Sequence record: CM072920.1 | Strand: one strand, 5' to 3' | Length of the DNA stretch: 32,000 nt | Part shown: positions 1 through 9,421 of the stretch, one piece after another | How positions within the stretch are numbered: position 1 is the first letter of the stretch | Layout of the letters: each line of letters begins with the position of its first letter | Program-made: the position numbers and the translations under genes | Notes under the pieces: generated by a model | What the model was told of the DNA's origin: nothing | The model's input: the letters and a program-made list of their open reading frames with translations, nothing else | The model's database searches: none

Positions 1-12
1 ATTTTTGTTTGC

Positions 13-83
13 TTTTTTCTTTTATTTTGGTTTTTACTTAATTAACAATGTTAATTAAGAAAAAACCAAAATAAAAGAAAAAA
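13..83 (-). terminator. long inverted repeat about 35 nt downstream of petD (candidate RNA 3'-end stem-loop)
   Basis: Positions i and 96-i pair from 13 to 83 with one mismatch (36/60). The apex is AATTAACAATGTTAATT (40-56). Confidence 0.55.
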
Positions 84-117
84 AAACAATATTTAAGTAT
101 ATCAAAAATTAATAAAC

Positions 118-600
118 TTAAAATAAGCCTAAAGTAAGTGAAATATCAATTGGTAATGCAGCACCAATTCCTAACCAAATAGCAACTACTGTACCGATAA
201 GAAATACTGTTGTTGCAACTGGTCGACGAAACGGGTTTTGAAATTTATTGATATTTTCAATAAAAGGAACTGTTAATAAACCAGCAGGTACAGCAGCCAT
301 AAGAAGAACACCTAGTAATTTATTTGGTACAACACGTAAAATTTGAAAAACAGGATAAAAGTACCATTCTGGTAAAATTTCTAACGGAGTTGCAAATGGA
401 TTTGCTGGTTCTCCAATAGCTGCTGGATCTAAAACGGATAATCCGATAACTGATGCAAAAGTGCCCAAAATAACTACCGGAAAAATATACAATAAGTCAT
501 TTGGCCATGCAGGCTCTCCATAATAATTATGACCCATTCCTTTTGCTAATTTTGCACGTAATACTGGATCTGACAAGTCTGGTTTTTTAGTAACTGCCAT
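118..600 (-). CDS. petD: cytochrome b6/f complex subunit IV
   Basis: 160-aa ORF with PetD hallmark blocks ([32 protein letters not shown]). It is uninterrupted, with no intron. Confidence 0.97.
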   Translation of the reverse strand: MAVTKKPDLSDPVLRAKLAKGMGHNYYGEPAWPNDLLYIFPVVILGTFASVIGLSVLDPAAIGEPANPFATPLEILPEWYFYPVFQILRVVPNKLLGVLLMAAVPAGLLTVPFIENINKFQNPFRRPVATTVFLIGTVVAIWLGIGAALPIDISLTLGLF

Positions 601-742
601 AAAAATAATCTCCTTTTGCTAGTTAGTTAATAACTAGCGTTTATTTTTCAGTTCATTTTTTATTTTAAAATGAAAATATTTTGTTCCAATTAAAAAAACG
701 AAGTTTTTTGAACGTACTTAAAATTTCAAACTAAAATAAAAC

Positions 743-803
743 TTTTTAAATTTGGTTATTTCTGAATTAACAATGTTAATTCAGAAATAATCAAATTTAA
801 AAA
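743..803 (-). terminator. long inverted repeat downstream of petB, between petB and petD
   Basis: Arms TTTTAAATTTGGTTATTTCTGAATTAACA and TGTTAATTCAGAAATAATCAAATTTAAAA, with one G:T position. It has the same AATTAACAATGTTAATT apex (765-781). Confidence 0.55.
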
Positions 804-876
804 AATAAGAACACTATTAGCTTTTTTTTACTTTGTAAAAAAAAGACAAGCCTTTATTGGTAAATATTAAAAATTA

Positions 877-1527
<651 letters not shown>

Positions 1528-1774
1528 TTAAATTTTTATTATTTAAATAAATATATGTTTTAAAAACTTTTTTATTTTTTTTTCAATGAGTTCTTAAATC
1601 ATGCAAAGAGATTTACTTTTTTTAATTAAAAAAAGTAAATATAAAGAATTAACAACCACAAAATAGAAAATAATCTATTAAAAATAGATAAAAAAAAGTA
1701 TTAAAACATTTACGTCAAAAATTAAAGTTTTTGACAAACCAAAAATCACAATTAGGCTAATAATATTTTTATTT

Positions 1775-1814
1775 CTATCCGTTTTTAAAAAATTTATTTT
1801 TTAAAAACGGATAG
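1775..1814 (-). terminator. hairpin about 75 nt downstream of clpP
   Basis: Perfect 18-bp arms CTATCCGTTTTTAAAAAA and TTTTTTAAAAACGGATAG with the 4-nt loop TTTA. Confidence 0.5.
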
Positions 1815-1888
1815 ATAATAGATTCATAAAAAAAATAATAAAAAACAAAAAAGCCATCAATATTTTTTAATTTTTTAAATATAATTCC

Positions 1889-2497
1889 TTATGAAGGAGT
1901 TGACCATTTGGTATCAATCGCAACTTGATCGACAATACCATATTCTTTAGTTTCACGAGCTGACATAAATTGATCACGATCCATATCACGAGAAATTCGA
2001 CTTAAAGGTTGCCCTGTTCTTTCAGCATAAATTCGACCAACTTCGCGTCGAATACGCATAACTTCTTGAGATTCAGAAAGAACTTCAGAAGCTTGACCTT
2101 GGCTCCCTCCTTCTGGTTGATGAATCATGATACGAGAATGTGGCAATGCAATACGTTTTCCGTAAGCTCCGCCAGCTAAAATGAATGACGCCATGGAAGC
2201 TGCTGTTCCAACACAAATTGTGGTAACTTCTGATTTAATATAATTCATAGCATCATAAACAGCAATTCCACATGTCACTGAGCCCCCAGGGGAATTTATA
2301 TAAATATAAATTCCTTTATTTTTTTCTTCAGCATTTAAATATAACATAATACCGATGAGTTGATTTGCTAACTCATCATCTAATTCTCCGCATAAAAATA
2401 AAACACGTTCTCGATATAATCGATTATATAAGTCTACCCATTGTGCTGCGGGTTCACCAGGGAGACGAAAAGGAACTTTTGGTACACCGATTGGCAT
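1889..2497 (-). CDS. clpP: ATP-dependent Clp protease proteolytic subunit
   Basis: 202-aa ORF with the Ser/His/Asp catalytic contexts ([19 protein letters not shown]). Normal length, with no insertion or intron. Confidence 0.96.
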   Translation of the reverse strand: MPIGVPKVPFRLPGEPAAQWVDLYNRLYRERVLFLCGELDDELANQLIGIMLYLNAEEKNKGIYIYINSPGGSVTCGIAVYDAMNYIKSEVTTICVGTAASMASFILAGGAYGKRIALPHSRIMIHQPEGGSQGQASEVLSESQEVMRIRREVGRIYAERTGQPLSRISRDMDRDQFMSARETKEYGIVDQVAIDTKWSTPS

Positions 2498-3125
2498 AAT
2501 TATTATTTTTTTTTATAAAATTTATTATTTTTATTTTAAAAAGAAAATAACGTAGTTATTGTAAATAAATTTTTATTTATTACGTTATTTCTCATTATAA
2601 ATTAACTTAGAACTTTTTTGTAAAAACATTTTATTTTTTGATAAAATGTCAATAACTGTTAGTTTTCTATGAATACAATCGTATGTATTTTTTTACAAAA
2701 TATTTCTATTTAATGTATTTTACATTCATTTTTTACTTGAATTTATAAATTTATAGTTGTTTTTTTTATTTTATATTTTAAAACAAAATAAAAAAAACAA
2801 AAATTCACGTATTTCTTTTTTCAAAAATTTCGTTTTTGCAATAAATTTATGTTCAACCTTTTTGGAATAAAAATGAATGGAAAAGTACAAAAAAAAAATT
2901 TGAAAAAAAATAATGTATTTTCTAAGTTTTATAATAATTACAAATTTTAGTATTTATTATACTTTAATTTTTAATAAAAGAAAAGTGTAGAAATAAAACA
3001 ATATTTAATTTTTTTCAAATATCTATTTTTTTAATTATTTACATTCTTTTTTTGCTTTTCTAAAAAAAATCAATAAATAAAAACAAATAATAAAATTTAA
3101 AAAAATTTTTCATTGTTTTTATTTA

Positions 3126-3134
3126 TGGTATAAT
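3126..3134 (+). promoter_or_regulatory. candidate extended -10 promoter element (TGGTATAAT) upstream of psbB
   Basis: An exact TGnTATAAT lies about 245 nt upstream of the psbB ATG. There is no good -35. TATAAT-like strings are common in sequence this AT-rich, so this is weak. Confidence 0.3.
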
Positions 3135-3228
3135 ATTAAAATAATTATATTTTTTGATTTTTTTAGTATCAAAATTTTTTATTAATTTATTGATATTTTT
3201 TATTTAAAAACGTTTTGTTATGTTTACA

Positions 3229-3305
3229 TTTCTTTTTGCTTTTATTTATACTTTTCCAAAAACAAAGTTTGTTTTTGGAAAAGTATAAATAAAAGCAAAA
3301 AGAAA
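3229..3305. repeat. 77-bp palindrome (38-bp perfect arms, 1-nt centre) 74 nt upstream of psbB
   Basis: TTTCTTTTTGCTTTTATTTATACTTTTCCAAAAACAAA-G-TTTGTTTTTGGAAAAGTATAAATAAAAGCAAAAAGAAA. It contains the TTCCAAAAAC/GTTTTTGGAA family core. Confidence 0.85.
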
Positions 3306-3378
3306 GTGAAATCTAAATAAAATTAAAAAATAATAAAAAGAAAGAAAGTAAAAAAAGAGAAAACTTTAGAGAATAGTT

Positions 3379-4905
3379 ATGGGACTTCCATGGTATCGTG
3401 TACACACGGTTGTTTTAAATGATCCTGGTCGATTAATTTCAGTACATTTAATGCATACAGCATTAGTTTCTGGTTGGGCAGGTTCAATGGCTTTTTATGA
3501 ACTTGCTGTTTTTGATCCTTCTGATCCTGTTTTAAATCCACTTTGGCGACAAGGTATGTTCGTATTACCTTTTATGACTCGTTTAGGTATTTCAGAGTCT
3601 TGGGGTGGTTGGACAATTAGTGGTGAAACAGCGGTTAATCCTGGCGTTTGGAGTTATGAAGGTGTAGCTGCAGCTCATATTGTTTTATCTGGTTTATTAA
3701 TTCTTGCTTCAATTTGGCATTGGGTTTACTGGGATTTAGAGCTTTTCCGCGATCCTCGTACAGGTGATCCTGCTCTTGATCTACCAAAAATTTTTGGTAT
3801 TCACCTTTTCTTATCAGGTTTACTTTGTTTTAGTTTTGGTGCGTTTCACGTAACAGGATTATTCGGTCCTGGTATTTGGGTATCTGATCCTTACGGTATT
3901 ACAGGAAGTGTTCAACCAGTTTCACCTTCTTGGGATGCTACTGGTTTTGATCCATATAATCCAGGTGGTATTGCAGCTCATCATATTGCTGCAGGAATTC
4001 TTGGTGTATTAGCAGGCTTATTCCATCTTTGTGTACGTCCTCCACAAAGACTTTATAATGGTTTACGTATGGGTAATATTGAAACTGTACTTTCAAGTAG
4101 TATTGCCGCTGTTTTTTGGGCTGCTTTTGTAGTATCAGGTACTATGTGGTATGGATCTGCTGCTACACCAATTGAACTTTTTGGACCTACTCGTTATCAA
4201 TGGGATTTAGGTTTCTTCCAACAAGAAATCGAACGTCGTATACAAACTAGTTTAAGTCAAGGTAAATCCCTTTCTCAAGCTTGGTCCGAAATTCCAGAAA
4301 AATTAGCTTTTTACGACTATATTGGAAATAATCCAGCAAAAGGTGGTCTTTTCCGTGCTGGAGCAATGAATAGTGGTGATGGTATTGCTGTTGGTTGGCT
4401 TGGTCACGCTGTGTTTAAAGATAAACAAGGAAATGAACTTTTTGTTCGTCGAATGCCTAATTTCTTTGAAACTTTTCCTGTAGTTTTAGTTGATAAAGAT
4501 GGAATTGTTCGTGCAGATGTTCCATTCCGTAGAGCAGAATCTAAATATAGCGTTGAACAAGTTGGTGTTTCTGTAACTTTTTATGGTGGTGAATTAGATG
4601 GCGTAGTATTTACTGATCCTACTACTGTTAAAAAATATGCTCGTCGTGCTCAATTAGGAGAAATTTTTGAATTTGATCGCGCAACACTACAATCAGATGG
4701 TGTATTCCGCACAAGTCCTCGTGGCTGGTTTACATTTGCTCATTTATGTTTTGCTTTATTATTCTTTTTTGGCCATATTTGGCATGGCGCTCGAACAATT
4801 TTCCGAGATGTATTTGCCGGTATTGATGCTGATTTAGATGAACAAGTAGAATTCGGAGCATTCCAAAAACTTGGTGACTCTTCAACTCGTCGTCAATCTG
4901 TTTAA
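3379..4905 (+). CDS. psbB: photosystem II CP47 chlorophyll apoprotein
   Basis: 508-aa ORF starting [37 protein letters not shown], canonical for CP47 over its full length. Confidence 0.98.
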   Translation: MGLPWYRVHTVVLNDPGRLISVHLMHTALVSGWAGSMAFYELAVFDPSDPVLNPLWRQGMFVLPFMTRLGISESWGGWTISGETAVNPGVWSYEGVAAAHIVLSGLLILASIWHWVYWDLELFRDPRTGDPALDLPKIFGIHLFLSGLLCFSFGAFHVTGLFGPGIWVSDPYGITGSVQPVSPSWDATGFDPYNPGGIAAHHIAAGILGVLAGLFHLCVRPPQRLYNGLRMGNIETVLSSSIAAVFWAAFVVSGTMWYGSAATPIELFGPTRYQWDLGFFQQEIERRIQTSLSQGKSLSQAWSEIPEKLAFYDYIGNNPAKGGLFRAGAMNSGDGIAVGWLGHAVFKDKQGNELFVRRMPNFFETFPVVLVDKDGIVRADVPFRRAESKYSVEQVGVSVTFYGGELDGVVFTDPTTVKKYARRAQLGEIFEFDRATLQSDGVFRTSPRGWFTFAHLCFALLFFFGHIWHGARTIFRDVFAGIDADLDEQVEFGAFQKLGDSSTRRQSV

Positions 4906-4929
4906 TAATCAATATTGTATTTTTCTCAT

Positions 4930-4954
4930 TGCCGATTTATAATATAAATCGGCA
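4930..4954 (+). terminator. psbB 3' stem-loop (between psbB and psbT)
   Basis: Arms TGCCGATTTATA and TATAAATCGGCA lie 25 nt after the psbB stop. A hairpin at this position is a conserved feature of psbB transcripts. Confidence 0.6.
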
Positions 4955-5016
4955 TTTTTCGTTTCAAAAAATGTATTTTTGAAATAAAAAAACAAATATC
5001 AAGGATTTTATATTCT

Positions 5017-5112
5017 ATGGAAGCATTAGTATATACTTTTTTATTAGTAGGTACTTTAGGTATTATATTTTTCGCCATTTTCTTTAGAGAGCCTCCACGT
5101 ATTGTGAAATAA
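5017..5112 (+). CDS. psbT: photosystem II protein T
   Basis: Hand-translated 31 codons: [31 protein letters not shown], then a stop. It lies in the conserved position just after psbB. Confidence 0.9.
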
Positions 5113-5129
5113 AAAATTACGTTTTAACA

Positions 5130-5227
5130 ATGTACTTACTGTCCCATTTCCTTTTCAAGTCTATTCATTTTTATTTTCATTTTACCCGGTAAAATGAAAG
5201 TAAAAATGAACGAGGCAGTAAGTACAT
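5130..5227. repeat. nested inverted repeats between the convergent psbT and psbN genes
   Basis: The outer 12-bp stem is ATGTACTTACTG (5130-5141) with CAGTAAGTACAT (5216-5227). The inner 23-bp stem spans 5164-5186 and 5188-5210 with one mismatch. Confidence 0.7.
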
Positions 5228-5316
5228 GAATTTTTTTATTGTTTTGATTTTTAATAAAAAAAGCTAAATTACCTAGTAAATATCTATATTTACTATTCTC
5301 TTTTGAATTTATTTTT

Positions 5317-5348
5317 TGAAATTGTGAGTATTTAAGATCACAATTTCA
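5317..5348 (-). terminator. hairpin immediately downstream of psbN
   Basis: Arms TGAAATTGTGA and TCACAATTTCA with a 10-nt loop. It ends 6 nt from the psbN stop codon. Confidence 0.5.
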
Positions 5349-5353
5349 ATTAA

Positions 5354-5488
5354 TTAATCTTCATGTTCTTCAAAAGGATCTTTTAATTGTTTTGAAGGTG
5401 GTCCAAATCCAACATAGATAGAATATCCTGTAATACTTAAAAGAAGAGACCACAAAAAAATACTAAAGAAAAAAGCAGGGCTTTCCAT
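5354..5488 (-). CDS. psbN: PsbN (photosystem II assembly factor)
   Basis: Hand-translated 44 codons: [44 protein letters not shown], then a stop. It is on the opposite strand between psbT and psbH, as in nearly all plastomes. Confidence 0.88.
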   Translation of the reverse strand: MESPAFFFSIFLWSLLLSITGYSIYVGFGPPSKQLKDPFEEHED

Positions 5489-5827
5489 ATTAAAAATTTA
5501 TTTTATGTGTTTTTTATTTTTTACTATTGTTTGAAAAAGTGGGTTTATTCCAAAAACATAATTCAACTTGGAATAAATTAAATAGTTTCTTAAAAGAAAG
5601 TTTTTAGAAAAGAAAAGGAAAAGTATACAAAAAAAATGAACTAATATAAAAATAATATTTATAGATTCTTTTTTTCTATTTTATCAAAATTTTTTTTTAT
5701 TGACAAAAACTATTGACATATGTTTTATAAAAAAAACCACTAAATATAATTTTATAAATCTTTTTCTAATGTTATTCTTGTTATATAATAACATTTAAAC
5801 TTTATAAAAAAATTTAAATTTGTAAAA

Positions 5828-5855
5828 AATTACTTTTTGTTAACAAAAAGTAATT
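5828..5855. repeat. 28-bp perfect palindrome in the psbH 5' region
   Basis: AATTACTTTTTGTT/AACAAAAAGTAATT. The inner 25 nt (5830-5854) recur identically at 6810-6834. Confidence 0.85.
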
Positions 5856-5907
5856 CAATTTCAATTTCTTTTATTACAGAAAGTAAAACAATATATAATT
5901 TGTATTT

Positions 5908-6156
5908 ATGGCAACTGGAACTACATCAAAAACAAAAGCTCCTGTATCAGATACAGGAATGGTAACTACATTAGGCACACTTTTAAAACCTTTAAATTCT
6001 GAATACGGTAAAGTAGCCCCTGGTTGGGGAACTACTGTATTAATGGGTGTATTTATGGGTTTATTTGCAGTGTTTCTTGTAATTATTTTAGAAATTTACA
6101 ATAGTTCTGTACTTCTTGATGACGTTACTATGAGTTGGAATTCTATTGCAAAATAA
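5908..6156 (+). CDS. psbH: photosystem II phosphoprotein H
   Basis: 82-aa ORF with the PsbH core [22 protein letters not shown] followed by a transmembrane helix. Confidence 0.93.
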   Translation: MATGTTSKTKAPVSDTGMVTTLGTLLKPLNSEYGKVAPGWGTTVLMGVFMGLFAVFLVIILEIYNSSVLLDDVTMSWNSIAK

Positions 6157-6164
6157 AATAAATA

Positions 6165-6226
6165 TTTCTTAAATAAAAAGTATTTTTAATTAGAATTCTA
6201 ATTAAAAATACTTTTTATTTAAGAAA
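6165..6226 (+). terminator. perfect 62-bp palindrome 9 nt after the psbH stop
   Basis: Every position i pairs with 12391-i from 6165 to 6226, checked block by block. The centre is GAATTC. Confidence 0.6.
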
Positions 6227-6809
6227 AAGAACCAACTTGTTTTATTCTATATTAAAAACCTAATGTTATAAAAGCTCTGTCATAATAAAAATGAAAAACT
6301 TAGGTTTAACAAAAACATAATTTATAAAAAAATAACATCCATAATTGAAAATGTTAAAAAAATAATATTATAAGACTTAAAATATGTTTTTTCTGAATTT
6401 TAAACTTTAAATTTAATTATCTCAACTTTACTACATAAACAATCTTTTATCTAACAAGTCGATTTTTTCAAGTAATTGTTGAATTCTTAGTAATTTAAAA
6501 TTAGAATTTATCAAATTATAGGTATTACTAAAACTTAAAACTAAATGATAATTTTGTAAAATTATAGATTCAAATGTAGAACTAGTGTCAGATTCTATCG
6601 ATGTAGAACCAGAAGCTGTATTAGTCTAATTTTCAGTATTTACTTTTTAAAAAATAACCTCGATTTTTTTTTTACAATGTAAAAAAAAATATTTAGTAAT
6701 CTGTAAATTTCAACTATAAGCTCCCATAGCTTCAGCCCTTGAAAGAATAGTAGTGTTTTGCATGTTTCCTCTAAATTTTTTTATTTTAATTTTTATTAAA
6801 AAATGGGCC

Positions 6810-6833
6810 TTACTTTTTGTTAACAAAAAGTAA
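6810..6833. repeat. second copy of the palindrome TTACTTTTTGTTAACAAAAAGTAA, abutting the trnY fragment
   Basis: Identical to 5830-5853. It ends 1 nt before the partial trnY copy at 6835. Confidence 0.85.
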
Positions 6834-6834
6834 T

Positions 6835-6864
6835 GAGCTGGATTTGAACCAGCGTAGGCAAGCC
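6835..6864 (-). pseudogene. partial copy of trnY (3' portion: variable arm, T arm, start of acceptor)
   Basis: The 30 nt GAGCTGGATTTGAACCAGCGTAGGCAAGCC are the exact reverse complement of trnY positions 7187-7216. There is no 5' half, so it cannot fold as a tRNA. Confidence 0.8.
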
Positions 6865-6994
6865 CTAGTCTTGATTTCATTTTTATCTTCTAAAAATGAA
6901 AGTTGTTTGTTTATAAAAATGAATTTAAATTAAAGATTTTTTTAGAATATACTTTTTAGTGTTTTTTTTTGATACTTATTTTAGTTTTTTGTTT

Positions 6995-7011
6995 AATTAA
7001 CAATGTTAATT
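6995..7011. repeat. third copy of the 17-nt motif AATTAACAATGTTAATT
   Basis: Identical to 40-56 and 765-781. Here it lacks the long flanking stem. Confidence 0.8.
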
Positions 7012-7141
7012 TTGAATGTCGGTTGTTTTTTTTTCAAATCTGATGTAAATTAATTACAGAACAGAAATTAAAAAAAATATTTAAAAATATTTTTTCAAAA
7101 CAAATCGAAAATTGAACTACGATATATCAAAGGTTCAATAT

Positions 7142-7222
7142 GGGTCGATGCCCGAGTGGTTAATGGGGATGGATTGTAAATCCATTGGCTTGCCTACGCT
7201 GGTTCAAATCCAGCTCGGCCCA
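7142..7222 (+). tRNA. trnY: tRNA-Tyr (GUA), class II with long variable arm
   Basis: Folded by hand. Acceptor GGGTCGA/TCGGCCC, anticodon arm ATGGA-TTGTAAA-TCCAT, T arm GCTGG-TTCAAAT-CCAGC, discriminator A. CCA is not encoded. Confidence 0.9.
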
Positions 7223-7595
7223 AACCAGGTTGTTCCAGATAGTTCACGGTTTCATTTTCTGGTTTTCAACCAGAAAATGCCACCTGGAAAAGAAAAGAAA
7301 CCTGGAATTAGACACACAACGAATATATAAAAAATATACTGTGTACATTTAAATATCTAAAAAAGAAGCAAATTTGTGCCTTATACTTGGAATATTCGCA
7401 ATAGTAGGGTCACAGAGAGAAACAACTTTTTTTGCTTCTGCTTTTTGTAAATACAGTTGTGGATAACGTAAATTGATTTATTATTTTTAATAAAAAAAAT
7501 AATAAAACGAAAAAAGTTAAAAATATAATTAAAAATTTACTTTTTATTTTTTTTTTTGCTATAATTATTTTAGCAAAAAAGGTATTTAAATTTTA

Positions 7596-7985
7596 GGGGA
7601 TATGGCGGAATCGGCAGACGCAACGGACTTAAAGGTCCAATTTAAATTATTTGAGCCAATGAATAGAAACTTTTCATTGTGAATGCTTTCAAAGTCAGGG
7701 AAAACTATTTAATTATAATGATCCTGAGTCAACTTAGATTTCTTTTTTTATCTAAGAGGTGCAGAGACTCGACGGAAGCTATCCTAAAAATGTGATTTAA
7801 TTAAATGTGATCATTTTTTGTTCTTTTTTCATAATTTATGAAAAAAACCAAAATTAATTAACAAGGTTTCTTAATTAAGTTATTTAACAATTATATCCAT
7901 TCAGGATAAAGAGAGAGTCCAGTTTCAATTTACTGAAAATCCGTTGGTTTTTTAAACCGTGAGGGTTCAAGTCCCTCTATCCCCA
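7596..7985 (+). tRNA. trnL: tRNA-Leu (UAA) interrupted by a group I intron (exons 7596-7630 and 7936-7985)
   Basis: The 5' exon GGGGATATGGCGGAATCGGCAGACGCAACGGACTT (35 nt) ends after U34. The 3' exon AAAATCCGTTGG...GAGGGTTCAAGTCCCTCTATCCCCA is 50 nt. This is the canonical cyanobacterial/plastid trnL-UAA split. Confidence 0.92.
7631..7935 (+). other. group I intron of trnL-UAA (305 nt, no ORF)
   Basis: Inserted between anticodon positions 34 and 35. Contains the conserved core strings TGAGCCAA (7652-7659) and GGTGCAGAGACTCGACGGAAGCT (7758-7780) and ends in G at 7935. Confidence 0.88.
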
Positions 7986-8597
7986 TACAAATTTATTTTC
8001 TCGTCGATTAAAAGAATAAACTGTATAAACGTAAAATTACAAAATGTTTTTTGGGTTTTTTCTAAAAATAATTTACTAAAAAATATTGAAAATCAAGCAA
8101 TTCCACGAATATTGATAAAGTATTTGAAAAACTAAATATAAATTAATGGAGACCTTCTTTATTTATAATATTAGGTTGCTTTAAAAAAAAAATTTGCACT
8201 ATTCTCTTAATATAAAAAGAAAATACATCATTATAAAAATATTAAAACACAAAAGAATTAAATTGTTTAAGTTTTTTTAATAGAATTTGTTCGCGCAAGC
8301 TTCAGAAATAAATCTGAAATTGAGAAAAATTTTCATAAGCTAATTCCATTTTTTTAAATTTTTTTGAAAAAAACATATTTATTTTATAAAATAGTAAAGA
8401 AATATAATATAATTATTAAAAATTCAGCGAATTCCAAAACTATTAATATTTTGAATATTAAAAAAATTTATTATGTTAAATAATTTCAATTAATAATCAT
8501 TTTTAATTAATAAAATGGAAATTTTCTCGTTATTAGTTAAATATAAAAATTAAAAAAACTTATTAATATTTTATTGTTTTTCTCAAATTCCTTTTGC

Positions 8598-8645
8598 TTT
8601 TGCTTTTCCTTTTCCAGGTTTAAACCTGGAAAAGGAAAAGCAAAA
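8598..8645. repeat. 48-bp perfect palindrome (CCAGG family)
   Basis: TTTTGCTTTTCCTTTTCCAGGTTT/AAACCTGGAAAAGGAAAAGCAAAA. It lies 30 nt upstream of the degenerate trnY fragment. Confidence 0.85.
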
Positions 8646-8674
8646 TTGAAACAGCTTGCTTTTCTGAAGATCAA

Positions 8675-8707
8675 TTGCTTACGTTGGTTGAAATCCAGCT
8701 CGGCCCA
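8675..8707 (+). pseudogene. degenerate partial copy of trnY 3' end
   Basis: TTGCTTACGTTGGTTGAAATCCAGCTCGGCCCA matches trnY 7190-7222 at 30 of 33 positions by hand alignment. No 5' half is present. Confidence 0.65.
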
Positions 8708-8728
8708 AAAAAAGTACTATTTTATTAA

Positions 8729-8833
8729 TTATGAATTTTGACTTTCTGTTTTTACAAAAAGAATTAAAAGAAAAGATGTTGGAATAATGATAAATAAAGC
8801 AGTTGCAATTACACCAAGAATATTTACTTCCAT
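8729..8833 (-). CDS. psbM: photosystem II protein M
   Basis: Hand-translated 34 codons: [34 protein letters not shown], then a stop. The N-terminus and helix are typical of PsbM. Confidence 0.88.
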   Translation of the reverse strand: MEVNILGVIATALFIIIPTSFLLILFVKTESQNS

Positions 8834-8962
8834 TTAATTTTACTCCTTTGTTATTCTATTAATATTGAAAAAATTGTTAATAAGAAAACTATATTTTTAA
8901 TATCGTATTAATAAAAGAAAAACGATATTTTTCTGATAAATTTCAAATTTAACTTATTTTCT

Positions 8963-9020
8963 TTTCCTTTTCTTTTCCTTTTCAGTTTTTTAAAAAACTG
9001 AAAAGGAAAAGAAAAGGAAA
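8963..9020. repeat. 58-bp perfect palindrome (GGAAAAGG family)
   Basis: TTTCCTTTTCTTTTCCTTTTCAGTTTTTT/AAAAAACTGAAAAGGAAAAGAAAAGGAAA. Confidence 0.85.
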
Positions 9021-9164
9021 TAAAAAACTATGTTTGTTCCAAAAATAGAATTTCTGGTACGAAAAAATTTATAAAATTTTTTTATAAAACATCAGTATTA
9101 TTTATATTTCTATTGTACTGTAAAAACTATTTAAAACAAATATTATTAAATTTTTATTTTTTGT

Positions 9165-9249
9165 CGGGAAGGGGGGGATTCGAACCCCCGGTGTCTTTCA
9201 ACACGTCGGTTTTCAAAACCGATGCATTCAACCGCTCTGCCACCTTCCC
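9165..9249 (-). tRNA. trnS: tRNA-Ser (UGA), class II
   Basis: Reverse complement reads GGGAAGGTGGCAGAGCGGTTGAATGC...TCGGT-TTTGAAA-ACCGA...GGGGG-TTCGAAT-CCCCC-CCTTCCC-G, with a long variable arm. Confidence 0.88.
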
Positions 9250-9349
9250 TTTAATCATGGGTTTAATTTCTATTTTTTAATTTAATTTTATTAAGTTTAA
9301 TATTTAAATATTAATAGTTATTCAAAGATATAATTATTTTTTAATCCAC

Positions 9350-9421
9350 AGCGGGTAACGCGATTCGAACGCGCGACATGCACCTTGGCAAGGTGCCGCT
9401 CTACCCCTGAGCTATACCCGC
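9350..9421 (-). tRNA. trnG: tRNA-Gly (GCC)
   Basis: Reverse complement reads GCGGGTATAGCTCAGGGGTAGAGC-GCACC-TTGCCAA-GGTGC...GCGCG-TTCGAAT-CGCGT-TACCCGC-T, 72 nt. Confidence 0.9.

Noticed and set aside
5700-5718. Two TTGACA hexamers upstream of psbH as -35 elements
   Set aside because: Neither has a convincing -10 hexamer at 16-18 nt spacing. TA-rich hexamers are everywhere in this sequence, so a promoter call would be arbitrary.
6400-6640. Open frame of about 50 codons on the minus strand (...TASGSTSIESDTSSTFESIILQNYHLVLSFSNTYNLINSNFKLLRIQQLLEKIDLLDKRLFM) in the repeat-poor part of the psbH-trnY spacer
   Set aside because: It has no start codon and no recognisable family. It could be a decayed ORF remnant, but I cannot support that from the sequence alone.
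6710-6763. 17-codon minus-strand ORF (MQNTTILSRAEAMGAYS) preceded by AGAGGA
   Set aside because: It is too short, resembles no plastid peptide I know, and an SD-like purine run is easily found by chance here.
7112-7330. 72-aa ORF on the plus strand
   Set aside because: It reads straight through trnY (7142-7222) and the CCAGG-repeat cluster that follows, so it is an artefact of ORF calling.
7355-7440. Relatively GC-rich stretch of about 60 nt enclosed by the stem GAAGCAAA/TTTGCTTC, considered as a possible small structured RNA
   Set aside because: Only an 8-bp closing stem is visible. I see no similarity to tRNA, tmRNA, RNase P RNA or other plastid ncRNAs, so the evidence is insufficient.
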